The position numbers were made by a program, and so were the translations under genes. Below, piece by piece: positions 55,462 to 63,653 of a stretch of DNA of 64,000 nucleotides (position 1 is the stretch's first letter; each line of letters starts with the position of its first letter). Below the pieces are notes generated by a model. The model worked only from the letters and a program-made list of their open reading frames with translations. It did no database searches and was not told the DNA's origin. The DNA is taken from the NCBI GenBank assembly GCA_016784125.1, contig JADHVI010000001.1, positions 14,417-78,416 of the forward strand. The letters run 5' to 3'. This DNA is from Candidatus Woesearchaeota archaeon (lineage in GTDB: Archaea; Nanobdellota; Nanobdellia; Woesearchaeales; GCA-2686295).

Positions 55462-55935
55462 ATGAACAAAAGAACTAAAAGCAGTAGGCAAAGAGGATCT
55501 CACACTCATGGTTGGGGTTCAATGAAGAAGCATAGAGGTGCAGGAAGCAGAGGCGGTAGAGGAAATGCTGGTTCAGGAAAAAGAGGAGATGGTAAGAAGC
55601 CTAGCTTTTGGAATGTTAATTCAAAAATAGCAAAATTAAGAGCGTCAAAGAAAAAAGGTTTTACATCTCTTAAAAAGCCTTTAAAAACTATCAATGTTGA
55701 TCAACTAAATAAGTTTGAAAGTACAAATTTGAACTTAACAGAATTAGGGTTTGACAAATTATTAGGTAGAGGAAAAGTAGTTAGAAAATATGAATTAGTT
55801 ATTTCACAATCTTCAGAGTTAGCAATCAATAAAATAAAAAAAGCTGGTGGAGCTATTTCTGGGTTAGAAAAAAAAGAGGAAATAACAACGAAAGAAGCAG
55901 TTGAAACTCAAGATAAACCACAGGAAGCTAATTAA
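55462..55935 (+). CDS. rpl15: Ribosomal protein L15
   Basis: Contains RQRGSHTHGWGSMKKHRGAGSRGGRGNAGSGKRG. Confidence 0.9.
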   Translation: MNKRTKSSRQRGSHTHGWGSMKKHRGAGSRGGRGNAGSGKRGDGKKPSFWNVNSKIAKLRASKKKGFTSLKKPLKTINVDQLNKFESTNLNLTELGFDKLLGRGKVVRKYELVISQSSELAINKIKKAGGAISGLEKKEEITTKEAVETQDKPQEAN

Positions 55936-55937
55936 AA

Positions 55938-57305
55938 ATGTCATTACTTGATAAGATAATTTATAATCTGCCTGAGGTAGCTGCTCCTAAACAAAAAAGA
56001 CTTTCTTTTAAGGAAAAGCTTAAATGGACTCTTATCACACTCATATTATTCTTTGTCTTAGGTTTAATTCCACTATATGGCTTAGGTCAAAACGCACTTC
56101 AACAATTCGAATTTTTATCAGTTATTTTAGGTGCAAGTTTTGGAAGTATAATTAGTCTAGGAATAGGGCCGATAGTTACGGCATCAATTGTGTTGCAGTT
56201 ATTAAATGGTTCAGGAATTGTCAAATTTGATCTAACAACACACGAAGGAAAACAGAGATTTCAAGGAATCCAGAAAATTCTAGCAATTTTATTCATAATA
56301 CTAGAAGGTTTTATCTATGTAGGAATGGGCGGATTATCTCCGGCCGCAGGAGTGTCAAACGGAATTCTGATATTTCAACTTTTCTTAGGGGGAGTACTAA
56401 TTATGTTTATGGATGAAGTTATAAGCAAATGGGGTTTTAGCAATGGAATAAGTTTATTTATTGCTGCAGGTGTAAGTCAATCAATATTTGTACAGGCTTT
56501 AAACCCACTTCCTAGTCCAAATAACCCTTCAATTGCATCGGGTGCAATACCAGCACTATTTCAGAGTTTAAGCTTAGGAGACCCACAAACAGCCGGTTTA
56601 ATGCTTGCAGCACTTGTAGCTACGGTATTAGTATTTTTAATTGTTGTTTATACACAATCTATGAAAGTAGAGATACCACTAAGTTTTGGTCGGGTTAGAG
56701 GCCACGGAATACGTTGGCCCCTGAATTTTTTCTACACAAGCAATATTCCCGTTATACTTACGGCAGCATTGGTGGCTAATGTACAGCTATTTGCAAGGCT
56801 GCTCTATAATTGGGGTTTTCCAATATTTGGTTCTTTCGCAGGAAATACTCCTGTCTCAGGTCTGGCTTCGTGGTTGTATGCCCCTAATCTAGTCGATAAT
56901 ATAATCCAAGGATCATTTACTTTGAGCATGTTAGGACAGGCCGGAGCTTATCTCTTGTTTTTTATGGGTGGTTCAGTTCTATTTAGTTATTTCTGGGTGC
57001 AGACTGCAGGATTAGATGCCAGATCACAAGCAAAACAAATAATGTCTTCTGGTCTTCAAATTCCAGGATTTAGAAAAGATCAAAGAGTTTTGGAAAGACT
57101 TTTACAAAGATATATAGGTCCACTAACCATAATGGGTGGCATAGCAGTAGGGTTATTAGCTTCTCTTGCCGATCTTACAGGTGCTTTAGGAAGTGGAACC
57201 GGAATATTATTAACTGTTATGATTGTTTATAGATTATACGAGGAAATAGCTCAACAGCACATGATGGACATGAATCCAATGATGAGAAGATTCATGGGTA
57301 AATAA
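55938..57305 (+). CDS. secY: Preprotein translocase subunit SecY
   Basis: 455 aa, about 10 TM. Contains LGIGPIVTASIVLQLL. Canonical position after L15. Confidence 0.95.
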   Translation: MSLLDKIIYNLPEVAAPKQKRLSFKEKLKWTLITLILFFVLGLIPLYGLGQNALQQFEFLSVILGASFGSIISLGIGPIVTASIVLQLLNGSGIVKFDLTTHEGKQRFQGIQKILAILFIILEGFIYVGMGGLSPAAGVSNGILIFQLFLGGVLIMFMDEVISKWGFSNGISLFIAAGVSQSIFVQALNPLPSPNNPSIASGAIPALFQSLSLGDPQTAGLMLAALVATVLVFLIVVYTQSMKVEIPLSFGRVRGHGIRWPLNFFYTSNIPVILTAALVANVQLFARLLYNWGFPIFGSFAGNTPVSGLASWLYAPNLVDNIIQGSFTLSMLGQAGAYLLFFMGGSVLFSYFWVQTAGLDARSQAKQIMSSGLQIPGFRKDQRVLERLLQRYIGPLTIMGGIAVGLLASLADLTGALGSGTGILLTVMIVYRLYEEIAQQHMMDMNPMMRRFMGK

Positions 57306-57306
57306 T

Positions 57307-58062
57307 ATGTTTGAAGGAATCCTAAACCCAATATTTGGACCTTTGCTCCAATTTGGATTCTTTTGGGCGTTAGTTATAATGTGTTTTATTCTAACTCTTT
57401 TGATAACCTTAGTTTACAAATTTACTACTAATCAAACTCTTATGAAGAAACTCAAAGCAGATATGAAAAATATGCAGAAAGAGTTAAAGAAGATGACTAA
57501 GGAAAATCCAAAGAAAGCCATGGCTTATCAGAAGAAGATGATGGATAAAAATATGCAGTACATGAAGCATTCCATGAAGCCTACACTTTACACATTTATA
57601 CCTATAATTATAATCTTTGGTTGGTTAAATGCAAACCTCGCATTTTTGCCTATTGAACCATACACCAACTTCACAGTTAGTGCACAATTCAAACCAGGAA
57701 CATTTGGAAATGTAACTTTAGAAGTAATTCCAGGACTAGATATTTATTCAGATGCAACTCAAGAAATACTTTCGGAGAAAATAACTTGGACATTGAATGG
57801 TGATGCCGGTGAATATCAAATGGCTATAAACTATAACAATAGAGCTTTTGAGAAAGAACTTCTAATATCTGGAGATGGGTACGCCAAGGTTGAAGAGAAA
57901 ATAAGGGGTTCGGAACTTACAAGAATAACTATTCATAATAAGCCAGTCAAACCGCTTGGCAGCGTCAGCATACTTGGTTGGATGCCCGGTTGGTTAGGAA
58001 CATATATTATTTTATCACTACTTTTTAGTCTAGGTCTTAGAAAGATATTAAAAATAAGCTAA
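57307..58062 (+). CDS. DUF106 / EMC3-like archaeal Oxa1-superfamily insertase homologue with an inserted ~110-aa extracytoplasmic domain
   Basis: TM1, then the K/M-rich coiled coil LMKKLKADMKNMQKELKKM...YQKKMMDKNMQYM, then TM2. A beta-rich insert follows before the last TM. Usual genomic position after secY. Confidence 0.6.
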   Translation: MFEGILNPIFGPLLQFGFFWALVIMCFILTLLITLVYKFTTNQTLMKKLKADMKNMQKELKKMTKENPKKAMAYQKKMMDKNMQYMKHSMKPTLYTFIPIIIIFGWLNANLAFLPIEPYTNFTVSAQFKPGTFGNVTLEVIPGLDIYSDATQEILSEKITWTLNGDAGEYQMAINYNNRAFEKELLISGDGYAKVEEKIRGSELTRITIHNKPVKPLGSVSILGWMPGWLGTYIILSLLFSLGLRKILKIS

Positions 58063-58094
58063 ACTTTATAAACAGGGAATTTTTTCACATTAAA

Positions 58095-58361
58095 ATGCCA
58101 GCAGGAAGTAAAAAATCAGGAACTTTTAGGAAGGTTTTTAAGAAGACCCCGGGCGGAAAAACCGTGGTTCATTATGAACTAAGAAAGCCAAAACAGCATA
58201 AATGTGCTGAATGTGGCGCAGAACTAAAGGGTATGCCAAGATTAAGACCTGTTGAAATGCAAAAGCTAGCAAAAACTGAAAAAAGACCCGAAAGACCATA
58301 TGGTGGTGTTTTGTGTAGTGCTTGTGCAAGGAAAAAACTCATACAAGAAGTTAGATCTTAA
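58095..58361 (+). CDS. rpl34e: Ribosomal protein L34e
   Basis: Contains CAECGAELKG and KRPERPYGGVLCSACARKKL. Confidence 0.85.
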   Translation: MPAGSKKSGTFRKVFKKTPGGKTVVHYELRKPKQHKCAECGAELKGMPRLRPVEMQKLAKTEKRPERPYGGVLCSACARKKLIQEVRS

Positions 58362-58406
58362 GTGTACTGGTGACGGACACTGTTCTTAAGATCAAGGAGG
58401 TATAAA

Positions 58407-58841
58407 ATGTTTGAAGTTGGAAATATTTGTATAAAAATTGCAGGAAGAGATTCAGGATTAAAATGCGTAATTGTTGAAGTATTAGATGATAACTTTGTTT
58501 TAATTGATGGTCAAACCAGAAGAAGAAAATGTAATGTTAAGCACCTTGAACCTTTGAAAGATTCAATAAAGATTAAAAATAAGGTGTCTCATAGTGAAAT
58601 AGTTTCTGAATTCAAGAAGTTAAAAATTGATATTAAAGAAACAAAACCTAAGAAAACACCAGAAAGACCTAAGAAGTCTAAGAAAGTGAAGATGAAACCC
58701 AGTAATGAAAAGAAGGCATCTAAAGAAAAAACCGCTACAAAAGAAAAACCAAAAAAAGAAGTTGTTAAAAAGAAAGCAGATACTCCAAAACCTTCATTCG
58801 AAAAGAAAGAAATAAAAGAAGAAAAACCTTCTAAGAAATAA
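58407..58841 (+). CDS. rpl14e: Ribosomal protein L14e (KOW) with a long K-rich tail
   Basis: FEVGNICIKIAGRDSGLKCVIVEVLDDNFVLIDG. AGGAGGT lies upstream. Confidence 0.8.
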   Translation: MFEVGNICIKIAGRDSGLKCVIVEVLDDNFVLIDGQTRRRKCNVKHLEPLKDSIKIKNKVSHSEIVSEFKKLKIDIKETKPKKTPERPKKSKKVKMKPSNEKKASKEKTATKEKPKKEVVKKKADTPKPSFEKKEIKEEKPSKK

Positions 58842-58844
58842 TTA

Positions 58845-59471
58845 TTATTTTTTTATTGCTTTTAATCTTTTTTTAGCTCTTCTTACAATTTCTTCCCAAT
58901 CTTTTTTGTCTTCTAGATGAGATAAATCACGGTCAAATTCACTTAGAATACATAAAGTTTTAGATTGTTTACTTATGATTTTTAATACTTTGTTCACAGC
59001 ATCATTTGCATCTTTTGCAGATTCAATTCTAGTGCTTTTTCTGACATCAAGAAATTTACCTGCGATGTCGCCCGCTATTCCACCACTATTTTTTATAGCA
59101 ACTAAAGGTTTTTCTCTAATATAACCATATGTGGCTTCATTGAGTGTTCCAGCCCCACCATGTACAATTATTGCTCCATCACATGAATTTACGTTAATGG
59201 CATCTCGACTCCATCCAATGCCTGTGGCAATTGTAACGTCGGCATATTGGTTTACTTTTTTTATGCTTTCCCAAGGAATAATTCCAATTGTTAGTCCGCC
59301 TTCTTTTTTTGCACCTTTCAAAGCTGCTTCCATTACTCCAAGTCCTCCGCCAGTTATAACTATACAATCTCTTTTTGCAAGTTCTTCTCCAACTTTCTCT
59401 GCTATCTTATAAGCTTTCTGTGTACAAATTGCTTTACTTGATCCCAAAACTGCTATTTGGAGTTTTTTCAC
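58845..59471 (-). CDS. LOG / TIGR00725-family Rossmann-fold protein
   Basis: Contains ITGGGLGVMEAALKGAKKEGGLTIGI and VHGGAGTLNE. Confidence 0.6.
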   Translation of the reverse strand: MKKLQIAVLGSSKAICTQKAYKIAEKVGEELAKRDCIVITGGGLGVMEAALKGAKKEGGLTIGIIPWESIKKVNQYADVTIATGIGWSRDAINVNSCDGAIIVHGGAGTLNEATYGYIREKPLVAIKNSGGIAGDIAGKFLDVRKSTRIESAKDANDAVNKVLKIISKQSKTLCILSEFDRDLSHLEDKKDWEEIVRRAKKRLKAIKK

Positions 59472-61123
59472 TTTTTCACCTCTGTGTATAAATCTGATAG
59501 GTTTAATTCAAATGTTGCTATAGGCATTTCGACTCCGAAGTTTGTGATAACTTGTGGATGAATCTCACCAATATATGCGACATTTTTTTTATTTACACTA
59601 ATTCTTGCAACTCTTCCTAGTATAAATGAATCATGCTTTGCTTCTTTTGATTCGAAGTTTACATCTAATGCATTCATTAATGAGTCAAATACTTGTTTTA
59701 TTTTTGTAAAGCCAATATTTGGACCTGCCAGTGCAACTCCAACTCGCCAATTTTCTTCAACCTTTGTTTCTTTGGCTGTATTGGCTTTGAAAGTATTTCC
59801 AATTTCAAAAATTCCTTGTGGATATTCTCTATTAGTATTATTTGATAATACTTGCATTAAGCTAGGAGTTATCCAACTTCTTAAGATATCGTGTTCTTTT
59901 GAACTTGCATTTTCTAATTCCACAACTTTTGCTTTTAGATTCATCTTGTTATTATGAATTTCTTTGTTTAGCAGATGGTATGATAATGTTTCAACAAGAC
60001 CTAGACCAACCAACACATTTGCCACTCTTCGTTTAAAAATTTCGAGTCCATCCTCCTCACCTATGGTTGAAACATTTGGTATTTCTGGTATGAATTTGTC
60101 ATAGCCATAAGCAATTGCTATATCTTCTGCCAAATCTATTTGATGAAGTATGTCTGTTCTATACGCAGGTACAAGAACTTTGTCTTTTTCATATCCATAA
60201 CCCATTTTTTCAAGCAAAGATTTAATTTCTTTCTTTGATAAATTCATTCCAAGCATTTTGTTAACATAATTAATATCCAAATCCCATTCTTCAGGTTTTA
60301 AATCAGGAGTCAATTGTTTTTTTTCATATTGAACTTCCATCTGATAGGCTTCTCCACCCATCTCTATAAGTGAAGTTACAATGATGTTTAAGCATTGGTT
60401 TACAGCCTTTAGATCGAATCCACTACTTTCAATGAACACTTCTTTTGTCCTTTCAGTTACTTTGCCTGTTTTCTCAGAATTTATTATTGGTGGCATGGAA
60501 AGAATTTCATTGTTTGCATCAATAAATATTGGAAACAAAGCTTTTCCTTCAAGTAAATGTGCATAATCTCTTCCCGTTGGATGTTGACTTAGAATTTGTA
60601 AACCAGTCATTTCTTTATTAGATTCTAGTGGTTGAAATTTTATCTCGGATGGTTTTTTTGCCAGATATCTTATGGGAAGTTTAATATCTTCCATAGGATA
60701 AATTCCAATTGCTAGTTTTTCCCTATTTCTTCCAAGACTCACATGTAGTTTTTCTTGAATTTGAACGACTTCTCTGATTTTCTCGTCAGTAAAATGAATG
60801 TTTTTAACAATTGCACAAGAAGTGTATGGTCTTATTTTCTTAACAGATTTGTCAACCACGACTTTATAATTTTTTTCTACTTTATGTACTTTGAACTGTC
60901 TAAGTCCTGTTTTAACACCTATAAAACTTGATAGAGCCCTTGCAAATCCTTGTTCTGAAAGCATATCTGGTCTATTTGGAAATACCTCAACGATTATTTC
61001 ATCTCCTTCAATCTTATCAAGATCGGTTCCAAGCATGCTAATTCTATCTTTTAATTGATCTAGAGGGAGCTTTTTCCCCATCAATTTTTCCAATACTTTT
61101 TTGTTTAGAGTTAATGTTGGCAT
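59468..61123 (-). CDS. pheT: Phenylalanyl-tRNA synthetase beta subunit (archaeal type)
   Basis: 551 aa. N-terminus MPTLTLNKKVLEKLMGKK...DRISMLGTDLD. B3/4- and B5-like regions. Directly downstream of pheS. Confidence 0.85.
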   Translation of the reverse strand: MPTLTLNKKVLEKLMGKKLPLDQLKDRISMLGTDLDKIEGDEIIVEVFPNRPDMLSEQGFARALSSFIGVKTGLRQFKVHKVEKNYKVVVDKSVKKIRPYTSCAIVKNIHFTDEKIREVVQIQEKLHVSLGRNREKLAIGIYPMEDIKLPIRYLAKKPSEIKFQPLESNKEMTGLQILSQHPTGRDYAHLLEGKALFPIFIDANNEILSMPPIINSEKTGKVTERTKEVFIESSGFDLKAVNQCLNIIVTSLIEMGGEAYQMEVQYEKKQLTPDLKPEEWDLDINYVNKMLGMNLSKKEIKSLLEKMGYGYEKDKVLVPAYRTDILHQIDLAEDIAIAYGYDKFIPEIPNVSTIGEEDGLEIFKRRVANVLVGLGLVETLSYHLLNKEIHNNKMNLKAKVVELENASSKEHDILRSWITPSLMQVLSNNTNREYPQGIFEIGNTFKANTAKETKVEENWRVGVALAGPNIGFTKIKQVFDSLMNALDVNFESKEAKHDSFILGRVARISVNKKNVAYIGEIHPQVITNFGVEMPIATFELNLSDLYTEVKK

Positions 61124-61124
61124 T

Positions 61125-62657
61125 TTATCGCATCCAATCTTTTATTTCTCTTAATTGTTTTAAATCGTTTTTGTATAAATCTCTTATATCATTAATTTTG
61201 AAAAATTCTAGTATTATTCTATCAAATCCAGGCCCCCATGCAAGAACAGGAATATCTATTCCGAGTAATGGCTTAACGACTTCAGGTCTGAATATGCCTG
61301 CACCACCAAGTTCAAACCATTCATTATGAACCGGGTGTAATACATCTATTTCTACACTGAATTCAGTATATGGAAAATATGCAGGTCTAAATCTTGCTTT
61401 TTCATAACCCATCTTTTTGAAAAATGCTTTCAAGTAACCTAGAAGATGTCTGAAATTGGCGTTTTCATCAACAACAATTCCATCTGTTTGATTAAATTCG
61501 AATAAATGTGACCAGTCAATAGTTTCATTCCTAAAACATTTCCCTACTGAGAAGAATTTTGCAGGTATGCCTTCTTTTGTTAGTTTTGCAAGTGTTTGAG
61601 CAGATAAAACAGTTGTATGTGTTCTCAGAACATTCTTCTTTGCATCTTCTTCCTTCCAATCATATTTCCAACCCTTGCTATTTGTTGTCCACCCATCTTC
61701 GTGCGTTTTTTTAACTCTACTAACTAATTCTTTATTTGGAAGTTTTCCTGTTCCAGGATTTTTTGCAAAATATGTATCTTGCATATCTCTGACTGGATGA
61801 TCTTGAGCGGTAAATAATGCGTCGAAATTCCAAAAAGAAGTTTGAAGCATTGGTCCTGTCATCTCTTTGAAACCAAGTTCTAACCAAATATCTTTAGCAT
61901 ATTCAATTGCTTGGCTTACAAAATGTCTTTTTCCTCTGTTTATCTTTGGAACATTTATGTTAACATCATATTCTCTAAAAGTCTTCTTCTTCCAAGAACC
62001 ATCTTTGAGCATTCCTGGAGTTAATCTTTCAGCATAATTAGCTTTTGAATCAACTTTTTTTGATAATTTTTTCCCTTCAGCGGTCAAAGTTATTTTTTTA
62101 ATTTTCTTTGTTTCTTTTTTCAATATTCGCTTTCTTTTTATGAGATTGTCAAATGAGAATTTTTCTTCAGGACTAAGATATTTAAGTTCCAATGGAAAAT
62201 CTTTTTTCAAAAATGTTTCTTCTAAGAATTCTTTTTTCATTAGCTTTTTTCCGTGATCTGTAAGTGATATAATAATTTCTTTATCCTTATCAATGTTAAT
62301 GGCTGCTTTTTTCTTTAGCGAACCAATACAAATATTTATTTCATCATCTTCTAGTTTCCCCTTATTTTTTAATTCACTAACTTTTGTTTTTCCATTAATT
62401 GCTTTTAAGAATCTTCTTTCAGGGAGACCATCTTTAACATATTTTAAACCATTTTCATCCAATGTTATGATGTCTTTTATCTCTTCAGCAATGTTTACTA
62501 GATTTTTATTAGATAACCATTGTATGGCCCTTGTAGCTTCAATTTCTTTTAGTGATGCTTTTTCTGCGAGTTTAGAAATAGTTATGTTGTCTGTGATGTT
62601 TGGAAGTGTTTTTCTCTCAAACAAATGCAATTTTTTGATTAGATTATTGTCATCCAT
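61125..62657 (-). CDS. pheS: Phenylalanyl-tRNA synthetase alpha subunit
   Basis: Class II motifs LRTHTT, FRPAYFPYTEFSVE and GGAGIFRPEV. N-terminal winged-helix repeats. Confidence 0.9.
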   Translation of the reverse strand: MDDNNLIKKLHLFERKTLPNITDNITISKLAEKASLKEIEATRAIQWLSNKNLVNIAEEIKDIITLDENGLKYVKDGLPERRFLKAINGKTKVSELKNKGKLEDDEINICIGSLKKKAAINIDKDKEIIISLTDHGKKLMKKEFLEETFLKKDFPLELKYLSPEEKFSFDNLIKRKRILKKETKKIKKITLTAEGKKLSKKVDSKANYAERLTPGMLKDGSWKKKTFREYDVNINVPKINRGKRHFVSQAIEYAKDIWLELGFKEMTGPMLQTSFWNFDALFTAQDHPVRDMQDTYFAKNPGTGKLPNKELVSRVKKTHEDGWTTNSKGWKYDWKEEDAKKNVLRTHTTVLSAQTLAKLTKEGIPAKFFSVGKCFRNETIDWSHLFEFNQTDGIVVDENANFRHLLGYLKAFFKKMGYEKARFRPAYFPYTEFSVEIDVLHPVHNEWFELGGAGIFRPEVVKPLLGIDIPVLAWGPGFDRIILEFFKINDIRDLYKNDLKQLREIKDWMR

Positions 62658-62728
62658 ATTTTTTAATTAATTATAGATGTGAGTATATAAAGTTTATTGA
62701 TTGTTGTAAGAATGAAAAAAAGAAAAAA

Positions 62729-63535
62729 TTAAGCCTTGATAGGCTTCATGACTTTCCAGGCTAGATCAAATAAATCTTCGAGCGCTGATGAAAAGAAAGG
62801 TGTATTTATCCAAATCCCAATATCGTACGTTGGGTGAACTTCAGAATCATTCATGACCATGAACACCACTTCCTTTCCGTCTACGACAGTAAATCTGGCT
62901 TCTTTGTCTGTGTGTCTTACTTCTGCTATGCCTTTCATAGCTTTGGCAGCTTCCATTGATTCTTTTGTTAGTGGAGCGGCGATTCTAATTCTCACACCTC
63001 TTTTCTTGACTTCTTCGAACACTGGTTTTAATCCTTCAACCTTTCTCATTAATCCTTGAGCAGTTGTCATTATGGTAACTGTCTTCTCAGCATTTTTTAT
63101 TGTTAACTCCAAATGGTTGTATAGATTGTGTCTTCCTCTTAGTGAACCTGAAATATCTGATGGTTCTATAAGCTCGACACCTTGTGTGTGTAAAGAATTC
63201 AACTCGTTGATTATTTCTGTTTTCTTCAAGTTTTCTAATCTTAATATTTGTGCATCAGCAAGTGTTTTAACATTTTTCTTAACTCTTTCTACAACTTCTT
63301 TTGGTGGTACTGCCAAGTATTTGATTGGTTTTCCTATTTTCATTACTACAAAGCCTTTTTTTTCTAGACTTTCTAGAACGTCGTAACTTCTGCTTCTTGG
63401 CACATTTGCTATATCGCTTAGTTCTCCTGCCGTACTCACCCCTCTTGAAAGAAGAGCAGTCCAAATCTTTACTTCGTACAAGTTTAGTGAGAAATACCTT
63501 CTCAACTTGCTTAGAAATTCTTCTTTAACGATCAT
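62729..63535 (-). CDS. TrmB-family transcriptional regulator (second copy)
   Basis: Same architecture as 36533-37333. The 51-aa wHTH core is identical and the remainder diverged. AGGAGG lies upstream. Confidence 0.8.
   Translation of the reverse strand: MIVKEEFLSKLRRYFSLNLYEVKIWTALLSRGVSTAGELSDIANVPRSRSYDVLESLEKKGFVVMKIGKPIKYLAVPPKEVVERVKKNVKTLADAQILRLENLKKTEIINELNSLHTQGVELIEPSDISGSLRGRHNLYNHLELTIKNAEKTVTIMTTAQGLMRKVEGLKPVFEEVKKRGVRIRIAAPLTKESMEAAKAMKGIAEVRHTDKEARFTVVDGKEVVFMVMNDSEVHPTYDIGIWINTPFFSSALEDLFDLAWKVMKPIKA
63318..63470. repeat. Right arm of the 153-nt inverted repeat (inside TrmB gene 2)
   Basis: Its reverse complement matches 36595-36747 at all but one position. Confidence 0.85.
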
Positions 63536-63653
63536 TTTTCATTCCTCCTAAAAGTAGGACTTAATCACCCCTTTTTGATATTAAAGACGCATAACTACTA
63601 TATATATGTTACTATTTTTTACACTTTACCAATAGTCAAAACATAGATTTTTT

